DNA from: the human T2T-CHM13v2.0 reference genome, Homo sapiens
Length of the DNA: 64,000 nt
Assembly: GCF_009914755.1 (NCBI RefSeq)
Contig: NC_060938.1
Strand: one strand, 5' to 3'
A program made the translations under genes and the position numbers. The notes under the pieces were generated by a model, which did no database searches, was not told where the DNA came from, and saw nothing but the letters and a program-made list of their open reading frames with translations. Positions 31,905-47,749 of the stretch are shown here, in pieces. Numbering within the stretch: the stretch's first letter is position 1; every line of letters starts with the position of its first letter.

Positions 31905-32383
31905 ATCAGTCAGGATTCTATCGAACTAAAATGAAATAATAAATAAATAGATATAGAGATACATATTATTGATAGATATTTAGATATATGGCAAATTAGC
32001 ATATTATTAGATTAATTTTATATGCATTTTAGATATCCATTAAGATATTTAGTGCAAGGAATTGACCATTATGGGGGCTGGCTAAGCAAATCTGAAATCC
32101 TTAGGGCAGGCTGTCAGAGACAGCTGACTGAAGCTCTCAGCTGCACGCTAAAACTATTGCCAAGAGTGAATTTTCTTCTCTTTCAGGGAATGTTTAGCTG
32201 TGCTTTTCATTCATTTCAAATGATTGAATCACTGAGTTTATGTACAATAATCTCTCTTATTTGAAGTCAACTTATTATGGACTTAAGTCATATCTACAAA
32301 GTTCCTTCACAGTTAACACCTAGATCAGTGTTTGAATGAAGACTGTAGTCTAGCAAAATTGACACATAAAACTAACCATCACA
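31905..32383 (-). mobile_element. 5' LTR (MLT2-type)
   Basis: 'atcagtcaggattc...aaggaattg...aaattgacacataaaactaaccatcaca'; homologous to 18409-18786. Confidence 0.85.
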
Positions 32384-33649
32384 CTGGGATAAAAAGATAT
32401 AAATAAAAATACTTTCATTTCTATGTTTCTTATTTTCTGTTCTACATACCTGTTTACATAACTACTCCTATTTACATAAGAGTCGTTCTCGATGTGTAGT
32501 TATGGGAAAGTTTAAATGTAGGTGATGGCCAATATTTGAGGAAGTTAAAAGATATTAGGAATAAATTTATACTATTACAATTAAACTGACATGTAGAAAC
32601 ACTTAATTGGTTTACTTAATAAAGACATGTTAATATTTCCCAGTTGTGTGAAGTAAATTTAAAAAGCCCACCTATCATAGCATTTCCTCTGTAAATATTG
32701 AAGAACATGACACTCTGTGAAGCAGAGACCCAGATACCCAAGATGAATACCTAGCAATATGGATTGTTATAAAAATATAAATTTTTTACAGATTAAAGAC
32801 AAAATTTTCAGCCTAAAAACAAAGATTCTTATATAATGGTATTACATCTATCATGATAAATAGTAAAATTAGAAAAAAAATATTAGAGTTTTATAAATTA
32901 TTGATAAATTTCTAATGATAGTCTGGCCTAAATTGTGGAAACATTGGTGCCAGCCTCACGGTGAGTAGGGCACTGAAGATCTGAATTCCACAGTTTCCCT
33001 GATACATTGATTGAACAATAGCAAGATGACTCTATATATGGAAGAGACATCACTTGGCCAGACATACAAATCAATAAAAGCTTTCATCACAAGGATTTGA
33101 AGAGCCTCCACATTAACCTCTCTGGAGAAGATGTAGTGTAGGCTTGAGACATGGACTTCCTAGCCTCTCCATTGGCTCTTAAGGTTTTTTTTTTGTTTTG
33201 TTCGGTTTTGTTTTTTCTTACTTGCTTCAGCTGCTCCCTTTTTTGCCTCTCTCGTCTCTCCTTCAATTTTACTCTATAGTGGCTCTTTGTAATATTGCCT
33301 GTCCCTTTGGAATACTGTTTGAACAGCTGTTTGTGCCGAGAACAGCACTTGTTGCAGTTGTAATTGAGTGCCTCTCTTAAGGTTTTCTTTTGTTTGTTTT
33401 TTACAAGCACTGAAGTGTTTTTAACAGTTGAGTTTGTGTATGAGTGAAAATTAAAATAGTTTTCTCACCATTACAGATATATATTTATGTAATACGTCAC
33501 ATAATATTACAAAGGGAAAATGTATTATAATGAAAAAACACAAAACCAGAAGAGTTTTTTTCCAGTCTCTACTCTGCACTAATTTACTCTGTGATATTCT
33601 CAATTCACCCAACCTCTCTGAGTAATAATACGTGTCCTTTCTACCATGA

Positions 33650-34030
33650 GGATTAAGATAATGACCTCCAGCTGTACTCATGTTGCTTCAAAAGGCATGA
33701 TTTCATTCTTTTTTTATGACTGTGTAGTTTTCCATGGTGATTTTCTTAATAACATTGTATTTTCTCTAGTTTATTGTAAGAATATAGTATATAATACATA
33801 TGACATAGAAAACATAAATTGATTTTCATTCTTTTTTATGACTGTGTAGTATTCCATGGTGATTTTCTTAATAACATTGTGTTTTCTCTAGTTTATTATA
33901 AGAATATAGTATATAATACATATGACACAGAAAATATGAGTTGATTTACTGTTTACATTATTAGTAACACTTCTAGTCAATAGTAGACTATTAAGTTTTC
34001 TGGGGAGTCAAAATTTATACATGGGACTGT
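33650..34030. mobile_element. L1 3' UTR fragment joined to a Tigger2/MER28-like DNA transposon fragment; junction tandemly duplicated
   Basis: 'gataatgacctccagctg...ttccatggtg' then 'attttcttaataacatt...ggggagtcaaaatttatac'. Confidence 0.75.
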
Positions 34031-34049
34031 TGTATTAGACTTTAATAAG

Positions 34050-35870
34050 GAGGCACATTGCAAAAGCTAGAGTGACTATTACAAGAATAGTAAATAAATA
34101 TATCAGTGCTAAACTAAGATAAGGGAAAAATGCATTAACAGATATAATAACCAAAAATGAAGTAACAAGGGAGAAAACAAGTAATACGGGGCTATAGGGA
34201 CAAATGGAAGCATTAGTAAACTAGTAGATTTAAAACCTAATATGCATGTAATTACATTAAAAGTGAATAGACTAAAAGCTCCAATCAAAAGACAGATTTT
34301 TGTAGTAATTAAAAGATATGCACATGCATACACACACACAAATTCACAAAACTATAAGCCATTTTCAAGAGAGAAACCTTAAATATAAAGAATCAGCACA
34401 TTTTGAAGTATAACGTTGAAAAGAAACTAAGGACACAATCCACCAGAGGATGTTGCTGCCACTGTACCTATAGCACACAAAGTAGAATTAAAAGGAAAGA
34501 ACATCACCATAGATAAAGGACAATTAATGATAATAACATGGTCAATGGTTTATCTGAATGCTTCTAATAACATGGTTTCAAAATATGTCAAATTTTAGAG
34601 CAGTGAAAAGCAAATTTAGCAAATCTCTCTGAGTGACTACTAAGCATGCAGACAAAAAATTTGGTAAAGGTAGGAAGTATGGATGATCTAAAAACCCAAT
34701 TTGATAAATTGACTGGATGTACATGTATAAAACATCATCCAACAACTAAAAATGGTTGAAAAATTTGAATGGACATGCAGAAAGAAATTATAAAAATGAT
34801 GAATAAATATATAATAAATATGGTACTCAAAATCAGAATTTGTGTTAATAAGAATTAATTAGAAAGATAAATGCCCATTACAAATAGAACCACAGAATAG
34901 TTAATTTATAAGGACAGATAATGCAATTTATTGGCAGTGAGATGGAAAAAACAATGATATACTGCCATTGACATTGTAAATTGGTACAACCAGTTGAAAA
35001 ATTGAGTTCCCTGGGAATCTCATGCAGATAAGGAACTTGTGTGCATAATATTTGTTAGAGATTGCTCTCAGTATCAATACCTGTGGAAAAGTGCGGAAAC
35101 AAGTCTGGACAGAGAAAGAGTTGAATTGCAAAGCATTTGCAACAAAAAGACCTCCATTTAATCTTATGCAGTGGTTTTGAAATGCATCGGTCCTTGAGAG
35201 CTATCCAGAATTTGAGCTAAATTGCCAGTCTTTTATAACCCTGAATCATCTAGTCATTGGAATGGGTTTCTCATGAAGAGTGGTCTTGACCTCAGAGGAG
35301 GCACCTCATGGTAATGAATGACAAATTTCAGAGTAGAACTCAGTGGAGGGCTGTTCACTACCAATTCAATCAACAGTTTGCGATATGAGCACTTCAGTCC
35401 TAGAAGAGAGGATCTAGGCAGCACACCACAGCAGTCTCTAAAATATCCAACAGACATGTGGGTACATGTGCATCAAAGGTATGTAAAAGTCTTCATAACA
35501 GTATTATTTGTGCTTAACAAAATTTACAGGTTACCCAAATGTTCACTGACTGTTAGATGGATAAATTGCCATGTATTCATATTATAAAGTAGTATTTAGT
35601 AATGAAAATTAACTATAACTCAAATGCATAAGTAAAATTTACATACATAATCTTAAGCCAAAGAAGTCATACACAATAAAAAAAACACACAGCCTGATGC
35701 CATGTATATGTAATTCAAAAGAGGCAAAATTTGGAGGTTTGAGTTCTGGCAAAATTCTATAACTACACCTGACAGAGCTTGCTTAGAGTCTCTTCACAGC
35801 ACAGTATGATAATTTGTTGAGCTGTACTCTTATGAGTTGGGCACTTTGCATATGTTAACTTCAGTAAAAA
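34050..35870 (+). mobile_element. Ancient L1M (L1ME-like) fragments
   Basis: 'taattacattaaaagtgaatagactaaaagctccaatcaaaagacag' (EN start) and 3'-end-like sequence. Confidence 0.65.
35000..35443 (-). mobile_element. LTR16-like (ERVL class) solo LTR
   Basis: 'gagttccctgggaa...atcaatacctgtgga...ggatctaggcagcacaccacagc'. Confidence 0.65.
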
Positions 35871-36685
35871 TGTAAAACTAATGTGAAATATTTGTACCTT
35901 TTCTTAATGTTCTTCAAAATCTTAAAACATACATTCAACTCCAAATGAAAAAAAAATAGGTGAACATGCCCTCTACTATTTGTTTTCCATATGTGTATTA
36001 TCCTCAAAAAATAAAATAATAACATTCTACACTAAAATATTTTCTTCCCAACAACTTTTCAATTATTTTATCTCATTCTTGGTGCCATCCCTACTTGTAT
36101 GTATCCCGAAGTAAATAGTGTGGTTCTTTGTATATAACTATTATTTATTTTTTCATTTGTTTAAGAAATGAATGAAACTACTTATTTCTAGAAACTACAT
36201 TTCTAGAAAATTAAATGTATTAACTCTGAGGAGTAACGAAACTGCATATATTTCTATTGCATTCATGGACTGTCAGATGTATTAGGAAACCTATGATTTG
36301 TGAAAATATTTTTAAAAATTGTGTGTATTACAAACTGGTACATTTTTTATAAACTAACTTTTTTTACAGCCGTCCCAGTGAGCAATACATTTTTTTTTCT
36401 CATAAAATTGCTAAGTGTACCTCAGTTTTAGGGAAAAAAAAATATGATAGCAGATTGAGAGCATCTCGTGTAGACTTTAAATTTTCTACTTTTTTTCACA
36501 TCCAAATGTTATTGGCAGGGTTGAAATTCAAAAATCATCTAGGTTCCTGAGTGGCATTTCTGTGGCTATTACTCAGCAGAGTAGGAAAAAAATCGAATGG
36601 TAAGATATTTCTATGAATATTTTAATTTTACAGTTATTACATTGAGTCATGTTTTAATTCAACAAATATTTGTTGATTGCCTACT

Positions 36686-37035
36686 ATCTTGATTGGTTCA
36701 GGTTGCTATAACAGCAAACTAAAGACTGGGTGGCTCAAGCAACAGAAATTTGTTTGGCATAGTTTTGGATGCTGGGAAATCCAAGATCAAGATGCCTACA
36801 GATCTGGTATCTATCAAGGGCACTGTTTTTTATTTTTGTAATTATATCCTCAGATAGCAGAGAGAAAGATCATGTCTCCCATGATCTTTTCTTATAAGGC
36901 TACTAATCTCATTTAGTAGTGCTCCACCTTCATGACCTAATTACCTCACAAAGGTCCTACACTCCAAATATCACATTGGGGATTTAGACTTTGACACACA
37001 AATTTTGAGGGGAATAAAACAGTCAGTTTATAGCT
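36686..37035 (-). mobile_element. MLT1A-type MaLR LTR (within an L2 remnant)
   Basis: 'ggttgctataaca...agactgggtggct...catgacctaattacctc...cagtttatagc'. Confidence 0.85.
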
Positions 37036-37069
37036 CCTACTATGTGCCACAGGGTGTGTTTAGGACAGA

Positions 37070-38995
37070 AGGTGAAAGATTTGTATACTGAGAACTACAA
37101 AATACTGATGAAATAAATAAAAGAAAATATAAATAAATGGGAAGATACTCTATATGTATGGCTTGGAAGAATTAATATTATTAAAATATCCATATGCCCA
37201 AAATAATCTACAGATTCCATGCAATCCCTATCAAAATTCCAATGTCATTTTTCACAGAAATAAAAAAAAAATTAAAATTTCTATGAAATCTTCACCCCTC
37301 CCCCCCCACACACACTTAAATAGCCAAAGGAATCTTGAGCAAGAAGAACAAAGCTGGAGGCATCAACTCCCTGATTTCAAAATATATCAAAAACAACAAC
37401 AACAACCTATTTTCAAAGAAAGTCAGGCTGAGGAGAAAAAAAAAAGAGACAGCATGGTATTGACACGAAAACAAACACATAGGCCAATGGAACAGAAGAG
37501 AAGGGTCAGAAGTAAACCCATGCCTTTATGGCCAATGGACTTTTGACAAAGATGCCATGAGCACACAATGGGCAAAGGACAGTCTCTTCAATACATGGTG
37601 TCAAAACACTGGATATCCACATGCTGAAGATTAAATTGGATCTTTATCTCACACTATATACAAAAACAAAATTAAAATTGATTAAATATTTAAAAATAAG
37701 ACCTGAAACTGTAATACTACTAAAAGAAAACAGGAAAAATTCCTCATGACATGAGTCTAGGAAATGATTTTTTTGGGGTATGACTCTGAAAGTACAGGCA
37801 ACAAAAGCAAAAATAAATGGAATATTATAAAACTTAAAAAAAAACTTCTGCACACTAATAAAAGCAATTAGAGTGAAAATACAACTCCCTGAATGTTGTA
37901 AAATATTTGCACACCACACACCTGATAAAGTATCAATATACTAAATCAATATATAAGAAACTCAATAGCAAGAAAACAACCTGATTTTAAAATGAGCAAA
38001 ATGTCTGAAAGACATTTTCTCAAAAAAAGACATGAAAGTTCATAAAATGAAGCAACAGGTTTAATAAAATGGCCAATAAGTTTATTTTAAAAATGCTCAA
38101 TATTACTAATTATCAGGAAAGTGTAAGTTAAACCACAATGAGATATCAACTGCCACCTGTTAGATTACCTATGATCAAAAAAATGAAAAGCTATAATAAG
38201 TATTGGAGAAGATGTGGAGAAAAGGGAACCCTTATCTTTGAGTGGCAACTCTTGTAGTGGGAATGTAAATTGGTATAGAGATTATATATGGAAACAGTAT
38301 GGAGGCTTCTCAGAAAACCAAAAATAGAACTTCAGTATGATCCCACAATGCTACTTCTGTGTATATGCTCATAAGGCATGAAATTACTATGTTGAAAAGA
38401 TATTTGCACACTCATACTTATTGTAACATGATTCACAATAGCCAAAATATAGAATCAACCTAAGTGTCCATCAAAGGATAAATGGATAAAGAAAACATGG
38501 TATATAAACCCTATGGAATTCCATTCAGATTTAAAGAGAGGGAAATTTTGTGATTTGCAACAACATGGCTGAACTTAGAGGACATACTAAGTGAAATAAG
38601 CCAGGCATAATAAAACAAATACTACAGGATTTAACTTATATGTGGAATCTAAAAAAGTCAGACTCATAGAAGTAGAAAAGAGAATGGTAGTTACCTGAGA
38701 CTGATGGAAATGAGTAAAGGGAATGGGGCAATGTTGGTCAAAGGATTCCAAGTTTCAGTTAGAAAGGAGGAATAAATTTTTGAGATCTACTGCATAGCAG
38801 GGTGGTTATAGTGAATGTGTGTTTCAAAGTTGCTGAAAGAGTATATTTCAAATGTCTCATGACAAAAGATGAGTCGGTAGACATATTCGTTAGCTTAATT
38901 CAATTATTCCACATTCTATGCATATAGCTAGACAGCACACAGTACCCCATAAAAATGTGTAATTTTGATTTGTCAATTTAAAATAATTTTTATAA
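37070..38995 (+). mobile_element. L1MA-type 3' portion
   Basis: Degenerate ORF2 end and 3' UTR ('agtttcagttagaaaggaggaataaattttt'). Confidence 0.88.
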
Positions 38996-39009
38996 AAAAT
39001 AGTTCCGAA

Positions 39010-40860
<1,851 letters not shown>

Positions 40861-42255
40861 CATAGTATTTTCTGTCTTAAAGCTATAAATTCTAGAAATT
40901 TTGTTATTTTATTCAGAGAACATCACCAAAAATAGATTTACAGGAGAATCAGAGGGTAAAATTGTTTTCTACAAGTTTTTAATAAATCTTGGTATACTTG
41001 AGACATTTCTTGATAGATCAGTAGAAAATATGTAGGTAGGTATAGATTATATATCAGTAGATAATGTGTGTTTTAGTCATATGGCTATCTGGTGCTCACT
41101 GCATTACCTTATCTTGTGATTTTTCTGTAATACCTGGTTGATAAAATTGGGCATGAAAAATACATGAACATTTGATATAATTGTCCAGGAAAATTGGACA
41201 TATAAATTAGCTGAATGTACAGTGTGGCCTTGAGGTAAACTAAATGAATAAAAATATTCTCCTCTAATATAGTTCAGAGGTATCTGAGAAAAAACATTAA
41301 TATATTGTCAAATATCTTGAGGGGTTGCACCATCCACTTTGTTAGCTTTAACTAGATACAAAGGCTCAGAGTAAGTGGCCTTAGGAAGGTTCAGTAAAGA
41401 TATTTCTAATATTTTGTTGAGCCCCCAGGTCTCACTCTCTACTCTGCAAATGTTAATAGTACAGCAAAACCCAAGTAGAGTCAGACGTGTTTGTTACCCG
41501 TTCTAGTTCAAGATTGCTGTGCTTTCTCAACCTTACTCAATCTGAAATATTTAGTAAAGTCAATGAATAAGTATAAACAAGAAGTTAAATTTTCTCTTAT
41601 ATTTTTAGTTAGGGGATTAGACTGAGAATGACATGATAATGACCAAGTGTAGATGTGGCAGTGGGAGAAGACAGGTCTTCTGCTCACAAGAAGATACTCT
41701 CTATTGCACTCGCATCCCATCCTCCCTCTTTCTTTGCTTCAGTCAAGGAAAAAGAAAACTAGGTAAAGGATACCTGGAACAGAAATGCCAGCCCTTCTTT
41801 CATTTGGATTTGCTCTCCTTTGTTATAAAAATAATACTCTAGATAGAACCATGACTTTGATATTGGTTTAATATAAGCAGGTAAGTCAGTTTCTTAGTCT
41901 ATGAAGTACTTCAGATATTTGGCCAAAATCCGGCTAGGCAAAAGGAGTCCTTAAAGTCCCTGGGATACAACTGACTCATCAGCAAATGGGGCTGGAGTTT
42001 ATACCAAGTTATTTTGGAAAAGAGAACATATGTTTGCGTGCGGATTTTCTCTTCCTCTCTCCATGAGAAAAGTGGATTAAACAGTAGGTGCTGTTTAAGA
42101 GTTAAAGCATTCAGCAATGTGGGTACTCAGAAAAAAAATTCTATCTTAGTAATCTTGACAACTGCTTCAAATTTTGATCAATATAGATCTTTATGAGTAG
42201 AAACAAGCCATTTCAATTGCATCTTTTCTGTGAAATATAAACATGAAACAGAATA

Positions 42256-42583
42256 TAGTAGCTTTCCCTCATCCATGGGACATACATTCCAAGACCCCCA
42301 GCAGATGCCTGAAGCCTAGAATAGTACTGAACCCTGTATATAGTACCTTAGTTCCCATACATACATACCTATGATAAAGTTTAATTTATAAATTAGTCAC
42401 AGTAATAGATTAACACCAATAACTAATAATAAAATAGAACTATAACATATACCGTAATAAAAGTTATGTGAATGTGGTCTCTCAAAATATCTTATTGTAC
42501 TATACTCATCTATCTCAGTGCCATGATTGACTATAGGTAACTGAAACTACAAAAAGTAACACCACAGACAAGGGGAGACTAAC
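42256..42583. mobile_element. MER44 (Tigger7-derived MITE)
   Basis: 'agtagctttccctcatccatgggacatacattccaagaccccc' ... 'gacaaggggagact' TIR-like ends. Confidence 0.8.
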
Positions 42584-45500
42584 ATAGCCACGCTTCTTAT
42601 GTACACCTCTGTATGCTGTCAAAATTATACCGAGTAACTTGATTGGTTGCCTGTGAAGCTTGATATGCACCACTGAGTTGGGAAGAATTAAGCTCAAGGG
42701 GAATGTGTGTTTATTTGATGAAATTCTCTTTGTACTTTGCAATCCTTATAGATTTACAACAAACTTGGCCTCTTGAAAGTAATCTGTGCATATCTCTTTC
42801 TTATGACACTTATTTTTTCCCCTCCTTTGGTTGGAGATGTTTTTAATACAGCATTTTTTTTTTGTTTCTTTATTCATTCTTCAATGAGAAGAAATCAGCC
42901 CTGCTATGCTCTCTATAGATGGGTGAGATTGTGTGTTTACGTGTATCCTACTGTTTTGGTGTATTTGAAGTATAAATTCATATGCACAGCTCTAGTTCAA
43001 ATTTCCAATGATATGAATGAAATCTAACACTCTTAGCATGAATTGATGTAGAAGTTTTTCTGTATGTTTACACCCAATGATTTTCCTCACAGAAAGCAGT
43101 TAACTACCTCTGTTAACTGTTCATTTTTTTCCACGGAGTTTTCATTTCTGAAGATTTATGACCATTTGAAAATGGGATTTTTGGAGGAAGTCAGGAAATA
43201 CTGGATGGGAAGAGCATGCATATAACCTCACAGTATACTAAATGCATATACCATAGGTTCAACTACTGATTTTCTTATTGATTCCTCATCACAATGATTA
43301 ACAGTGTTTGTGGTTGGGAAATTGAAAAACTATTTATAATTTTACCTTCTTGTGAAAAAATGAAGCATTGATATAAAACCTCCTATTTTTATAAACTCTG
43401 CTCCAGTTCAGGCATTGGTTGATTGTAGGTAAAAGGTTTAGATTTTTGTGTCATTTAAATATATACATATATAATATCTTCATACATATTTTTGTAGAAA
43501 TTTGGAAAATCTTATGTCCAGAGCTGTTCTTCAAGCTGTTTGAATTACAGATTAACTCTTGGCTTCTTTAATTATTTTGGATTTCATTCCTGCCCTTCAC
43601 CCTGATTTATATGACTTTACAATTTGACCTGCTTTCTGTTCATTTTATAGCTCTCTTCTCTAAAAATCCAACAACTCATTTATGACTAGGGAACAATAAT
43701 TGTAACCACAGTTCTGGGAATGTAATGTTTAGCTTCTATCCCTGTTTATAGAATAGTCTATCAATCACCTTCCAGTATCACTGCCAACATTTATTTGCCT
43801 GTGGATTCTGTAGGGGAATAAGCCCCACTTGTAGATGTAGACCCACTAGCTAATGGAGTTCTTTTATTTCACTAAGAATCAAGAGCCAAGACTTATCCTT
43901 GATGTTTTTCTATTTCCAACTACTTGATCCTTCATTTTCTGCATATGACAAAAAGGAAAGGAAAGCTGTAAAAAAAAAAGAAATATGTTAATCTCCAGAA
44001 CCAAAAGAAAAAATACAGTCAGCCAGGCTGGAACTGAGAAGTGGAGGTCAAGAATTAAATGACCTGAGAATTATGTGGGCTTCTGATTACAAAATCCCAA
44101 CTGGTCTCTAGTTTGTAAAATTCTTCAGTTTCCACACTCCAAATGAAAGCAAAATTTGTCCTCAAAGCACCATGTCCAAACTGGTAGCTAGACATGAACA
44201 CAGAATAAAACAATTCTTTTGTTATGCATTCAATCACAAGAAGAAAACTCCTGAATCCCTATATCAAATACATGCATTTATAACAACTTAAAATGGTCTC
44301 AACCTGGAATATCTCCAATTTAGTCATATTATTGATTTTTATTCTTTAGTCCTCTTCTCCATATCTGAAGTAAAATTTAACTTTAGAGAATCTTGGTCAT
44401 GTCAAATAAACCTCTTGTGTCAGGTTAAGTTGATTATAAATGACACATTGGGTGTTAGTTTTTCATAATTCTTTGTGTTATGAATCTATTATTGTGTTAT
44501 ATATATAAAAGCAGATGGGCTAATTCATGGTCTCTTCCTTATCACAAAGGGACAAAATATAGAGCCTACTTAGAACTCATTTGTTAGCTGCTGTCCCCTT
44601 CTTGACCTTCCCATATTAAATTTACCAATTTCCTTATTCCCTTTCGAATACAACCCACTGTGAACCAAGGAGGAAGTGAAATTTTAGGTTTGATCAGTCA
44701 TAAATTCTTGCTTTTGATGTAGAGTGCTCTTACACATCATTAACTGGGAAGATGTTTCTTGAAGCTTCGGCCTGGGAAGCAGCTACTCACATTCTGACCC
44801 TTCACATTGTACTTGTCTTCTTTTCCTTTTATAACATCAAGTATGGTCCAGAATTCACCCCCTTGGTGCATACATTTGAGAAAAGGGAAGAAATGTATGA
44901 GGACCTTGTAATTTCTGGGACAGACAGAAACTATGAGCTAAGACTTTACAATTACTTTTTTGTTCCTGTGACACATCTCTAGTACCCTTGATCACCCAGG
45001 GTCCTGTGATATGATATAGCTGCACTGGGCCAGAGGTAGAATTGAGTAGCATGTAGATTTGACAGTTTATTTTTAAATGTGATTTAAGAGATATATTAAA
45101 CATTTTCTAATCAAAGATGTCTACATCTTACACATATCAATAAAACAAGCAGCGAAGACCGTGATCTATATTAAAATCAAAACTAGCCATCATTAACTTG
45201 CATATTACTGATCATAAATTAGCAGGTTCTTTCCAAGTTGGAGGAGAGTAAATAGTGAATGGAGACCACCTACTATTTATAGAGTAGATAACTTAAAAAA
45301 GGAAGTTATAGAAGATGCATGTAATTAATTTTTATCATTTTTCCTAAAGTCAGCACTGGTTTAGGACATTAGTAAACACATGGGGTGTGATATGGCTTCA
45401 TTCAAAAAAGGCATTTGAGAGATGTGTTAAATATGAAGGCTTTGCATACTGGCAAGATTGCTCAGAATTTTTAACCATTTTACTACATAAGTACTATGGG

Positions 45501-45587
45501 AAATTTATTTCCAATCTTTGTAAGAAAATTTCTGCAACTAAAATCCTATGTGATTAATTTTTTTTCCAGAATTACTTCTTTGTATGC

Positions 45588-46032
45588 TGTATTGGTTTAC
45601 TATGGTTGCTATAACAAATACCACATAATGGTTTAGATAAACATACATTTTTTATCTCACAGTTCGGCAGACAGGAGTCTTAAATTTCTAAAAGCAAGCT
45701 GTTGGCAGGGCTGGTTCCCCCTGGAGAGTTAGGTGAAATTCTATTTCCCTGCCTTTTCCAGCTTGTAGAAGTGCTGGCAGTTCTTTGCTCCTGACTGCTT
45801 CGTTGCATCACATCACTCTTCCTCTACTGTAATCAAATCTCTCTCTCTCTGCCTCTCTCATATAAGGACACTTGTGTTCATATTTAAGGCCCATTGAGAT
45901 AATTAAGTAAAATCTCACCATCTCCATATCCTAAAATTAATCATATCTGCAAAGTCCCCTTTTGGCGCATACAGTAACATTTCCAGATCCTAGAATTTTG
46001 GACCTATGGAGGTCATCATTCAGCCTACCACA
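45588..46032 (-). mobile_element. MLT1 MaLR solo LTR
   Basis: 'tgtattggttt...ataacaaataccac...tataaggacacttgtg...cagcctaccaca'. Confidence 0.88.
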
Positions 46033-47584
46033 TGTGCTGTTAGGAATTTTGTTTCTAAAAATATATTTAAATATTAACTAAATTAAGTAAATATTCATTG
46101 GACATTAACATACAGCGCCACCCAAGTGTACTTATCTGATTGAATATTAGCTGAACTGTAAAAATCATCATGCATTCACATACAAACTCCACAAATCTAC
46201 ATCATCATGTAAATTTTATTATATTTAAATATTTTAGTAGATAAGTGTTGCATTTCAGGAGAAAGGTGAAAGCTCTCCTAACTGATAATTAGATTTCAGT
46301 TGCTTACAGACGAAAGTTACCAATTTTTGTCATCTCTAAAAATAACAAAACAAAAAACAAGATACTTTCCTAGTCTTTTTTGCATGCATATATGGAAATA
46401 TAACCAAAGTGCAGTTATTTTAAAATAATTTATGTAACTAATTGAAATTAAAATATCCTTTTTCAGAACAATCATCTCATAAAACTGGTTGAGAAGGATA
46501 GTTTTGTTAAGTAAACATTTAATTATTAAACTCTCCAAAAGTCACGTCTGTGTGTTTGTAGGCTTTTGAAATTTGCTTTGAGATTTCAGAAGTTGTGATA
46601 GTATTTAAAGGAGGAGAATTTTTGACAATCAATAAATGTATCTTTTAGTGCATTTGTAAAAGTACTAGAATCAGTAGGAAACATGGCAAATGATACTACA
46701 GGAAATCTGTTTCTATTATAGTAAATGCTAAACTAAACAAAAAAAAATGTGGTAAAATCTAGATGGCCTAAGAAATAGCTACTTCTATTATGCTTTTGAC
46801 TCAGTAACCAAATAGGTCCTAGCCAGTATAAACTCTGTAATTATAAACCTCTTGGGAAAGTGAATATAAGAAGAAATATGTTCAAAGTAAGATTACTGCA
46901 ACTGTAGGTGAAGAAAGCAAAGAAACTTTATAAAGGCAAACCCAGAAGTCAATTTAATTTAGGATTCCTCAAATAAACACAAAAGATTTGTGATTCTTAT
47001 TTCATGAGGTATGCATAAGTTTATATAGATTCAACACCTCTATACCAATATAACTATCCTGATAATTTAATATAGAAATGGGTTGGGAGTGATGGTCCCT
47101 GATTCTAGATGGATTCAAGGCACGTATGTTAAGATAATTAAAGCCAAAAATTTTGTCTTCATTCATAAACAGGGGATTATATATCAGTTATTATTTTATC
47201 AATACATAGTCTATGGATTGGAGGATGAAACATCTTCAAGGAAAGTGATTACTTGGTAGGTTTTATGAAGAAATATTATTAGCTGTAACAGATCTTGCTG
47301 TTACCCTCTCCTCATATATATAACAATTTCCTTGCATATTGCCCAATTTCTAACTTTCAGCACAAACTTCCACTTACCTGAGTATTTTTTTCTGGACTCC
47401 AAAGCCCTCTCTACCCAAGTTTAGTCAGCCTAGAATCCCAGAGAATTAATGACATCTGGAACTACCTTCAAGCTATTATCCCTCAGTGGGATAATCTGAA
47501 TTATGTGTTCTACATAGGATCCCAGAGTTTCCCAGTTGAATGAAGCCCCTTGGCCATAGAGGTAACTTGTTTATTAATTCATTC

Positions 47585-47706
47585 TTTTTTTAATTTTATT
47601 TTAAATTGAAAAACAATATTTATTTATTTACTTATGGGGTAAAATTTGATGTTTTGATATATGTTTACATTATGGAATAAGTCAAGCTAATTAACAAATT
47701 CATCTC

Positions 47707-47749
<43 letters not shown>

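Larger units (their letters stand above)
18409..32383 (-). mobile_element. ERV-L provirus (MLT2-type LTRs plus gag-pol-dUTPase internal region), two LTRs, heavily interrupted
   Basis: Related LTRs at both ends, Leu PBS, RT and RNase H remnants, TSD CTGGG at 18404-18408 and 32384-32388. Confidence 0.9.

Noticed and set aside
47371-47380. Perfect minus-strand donor CAG|GTAAGTG
   Set aside because: Lies in an LTR remnant with no convincing partner acceptor.
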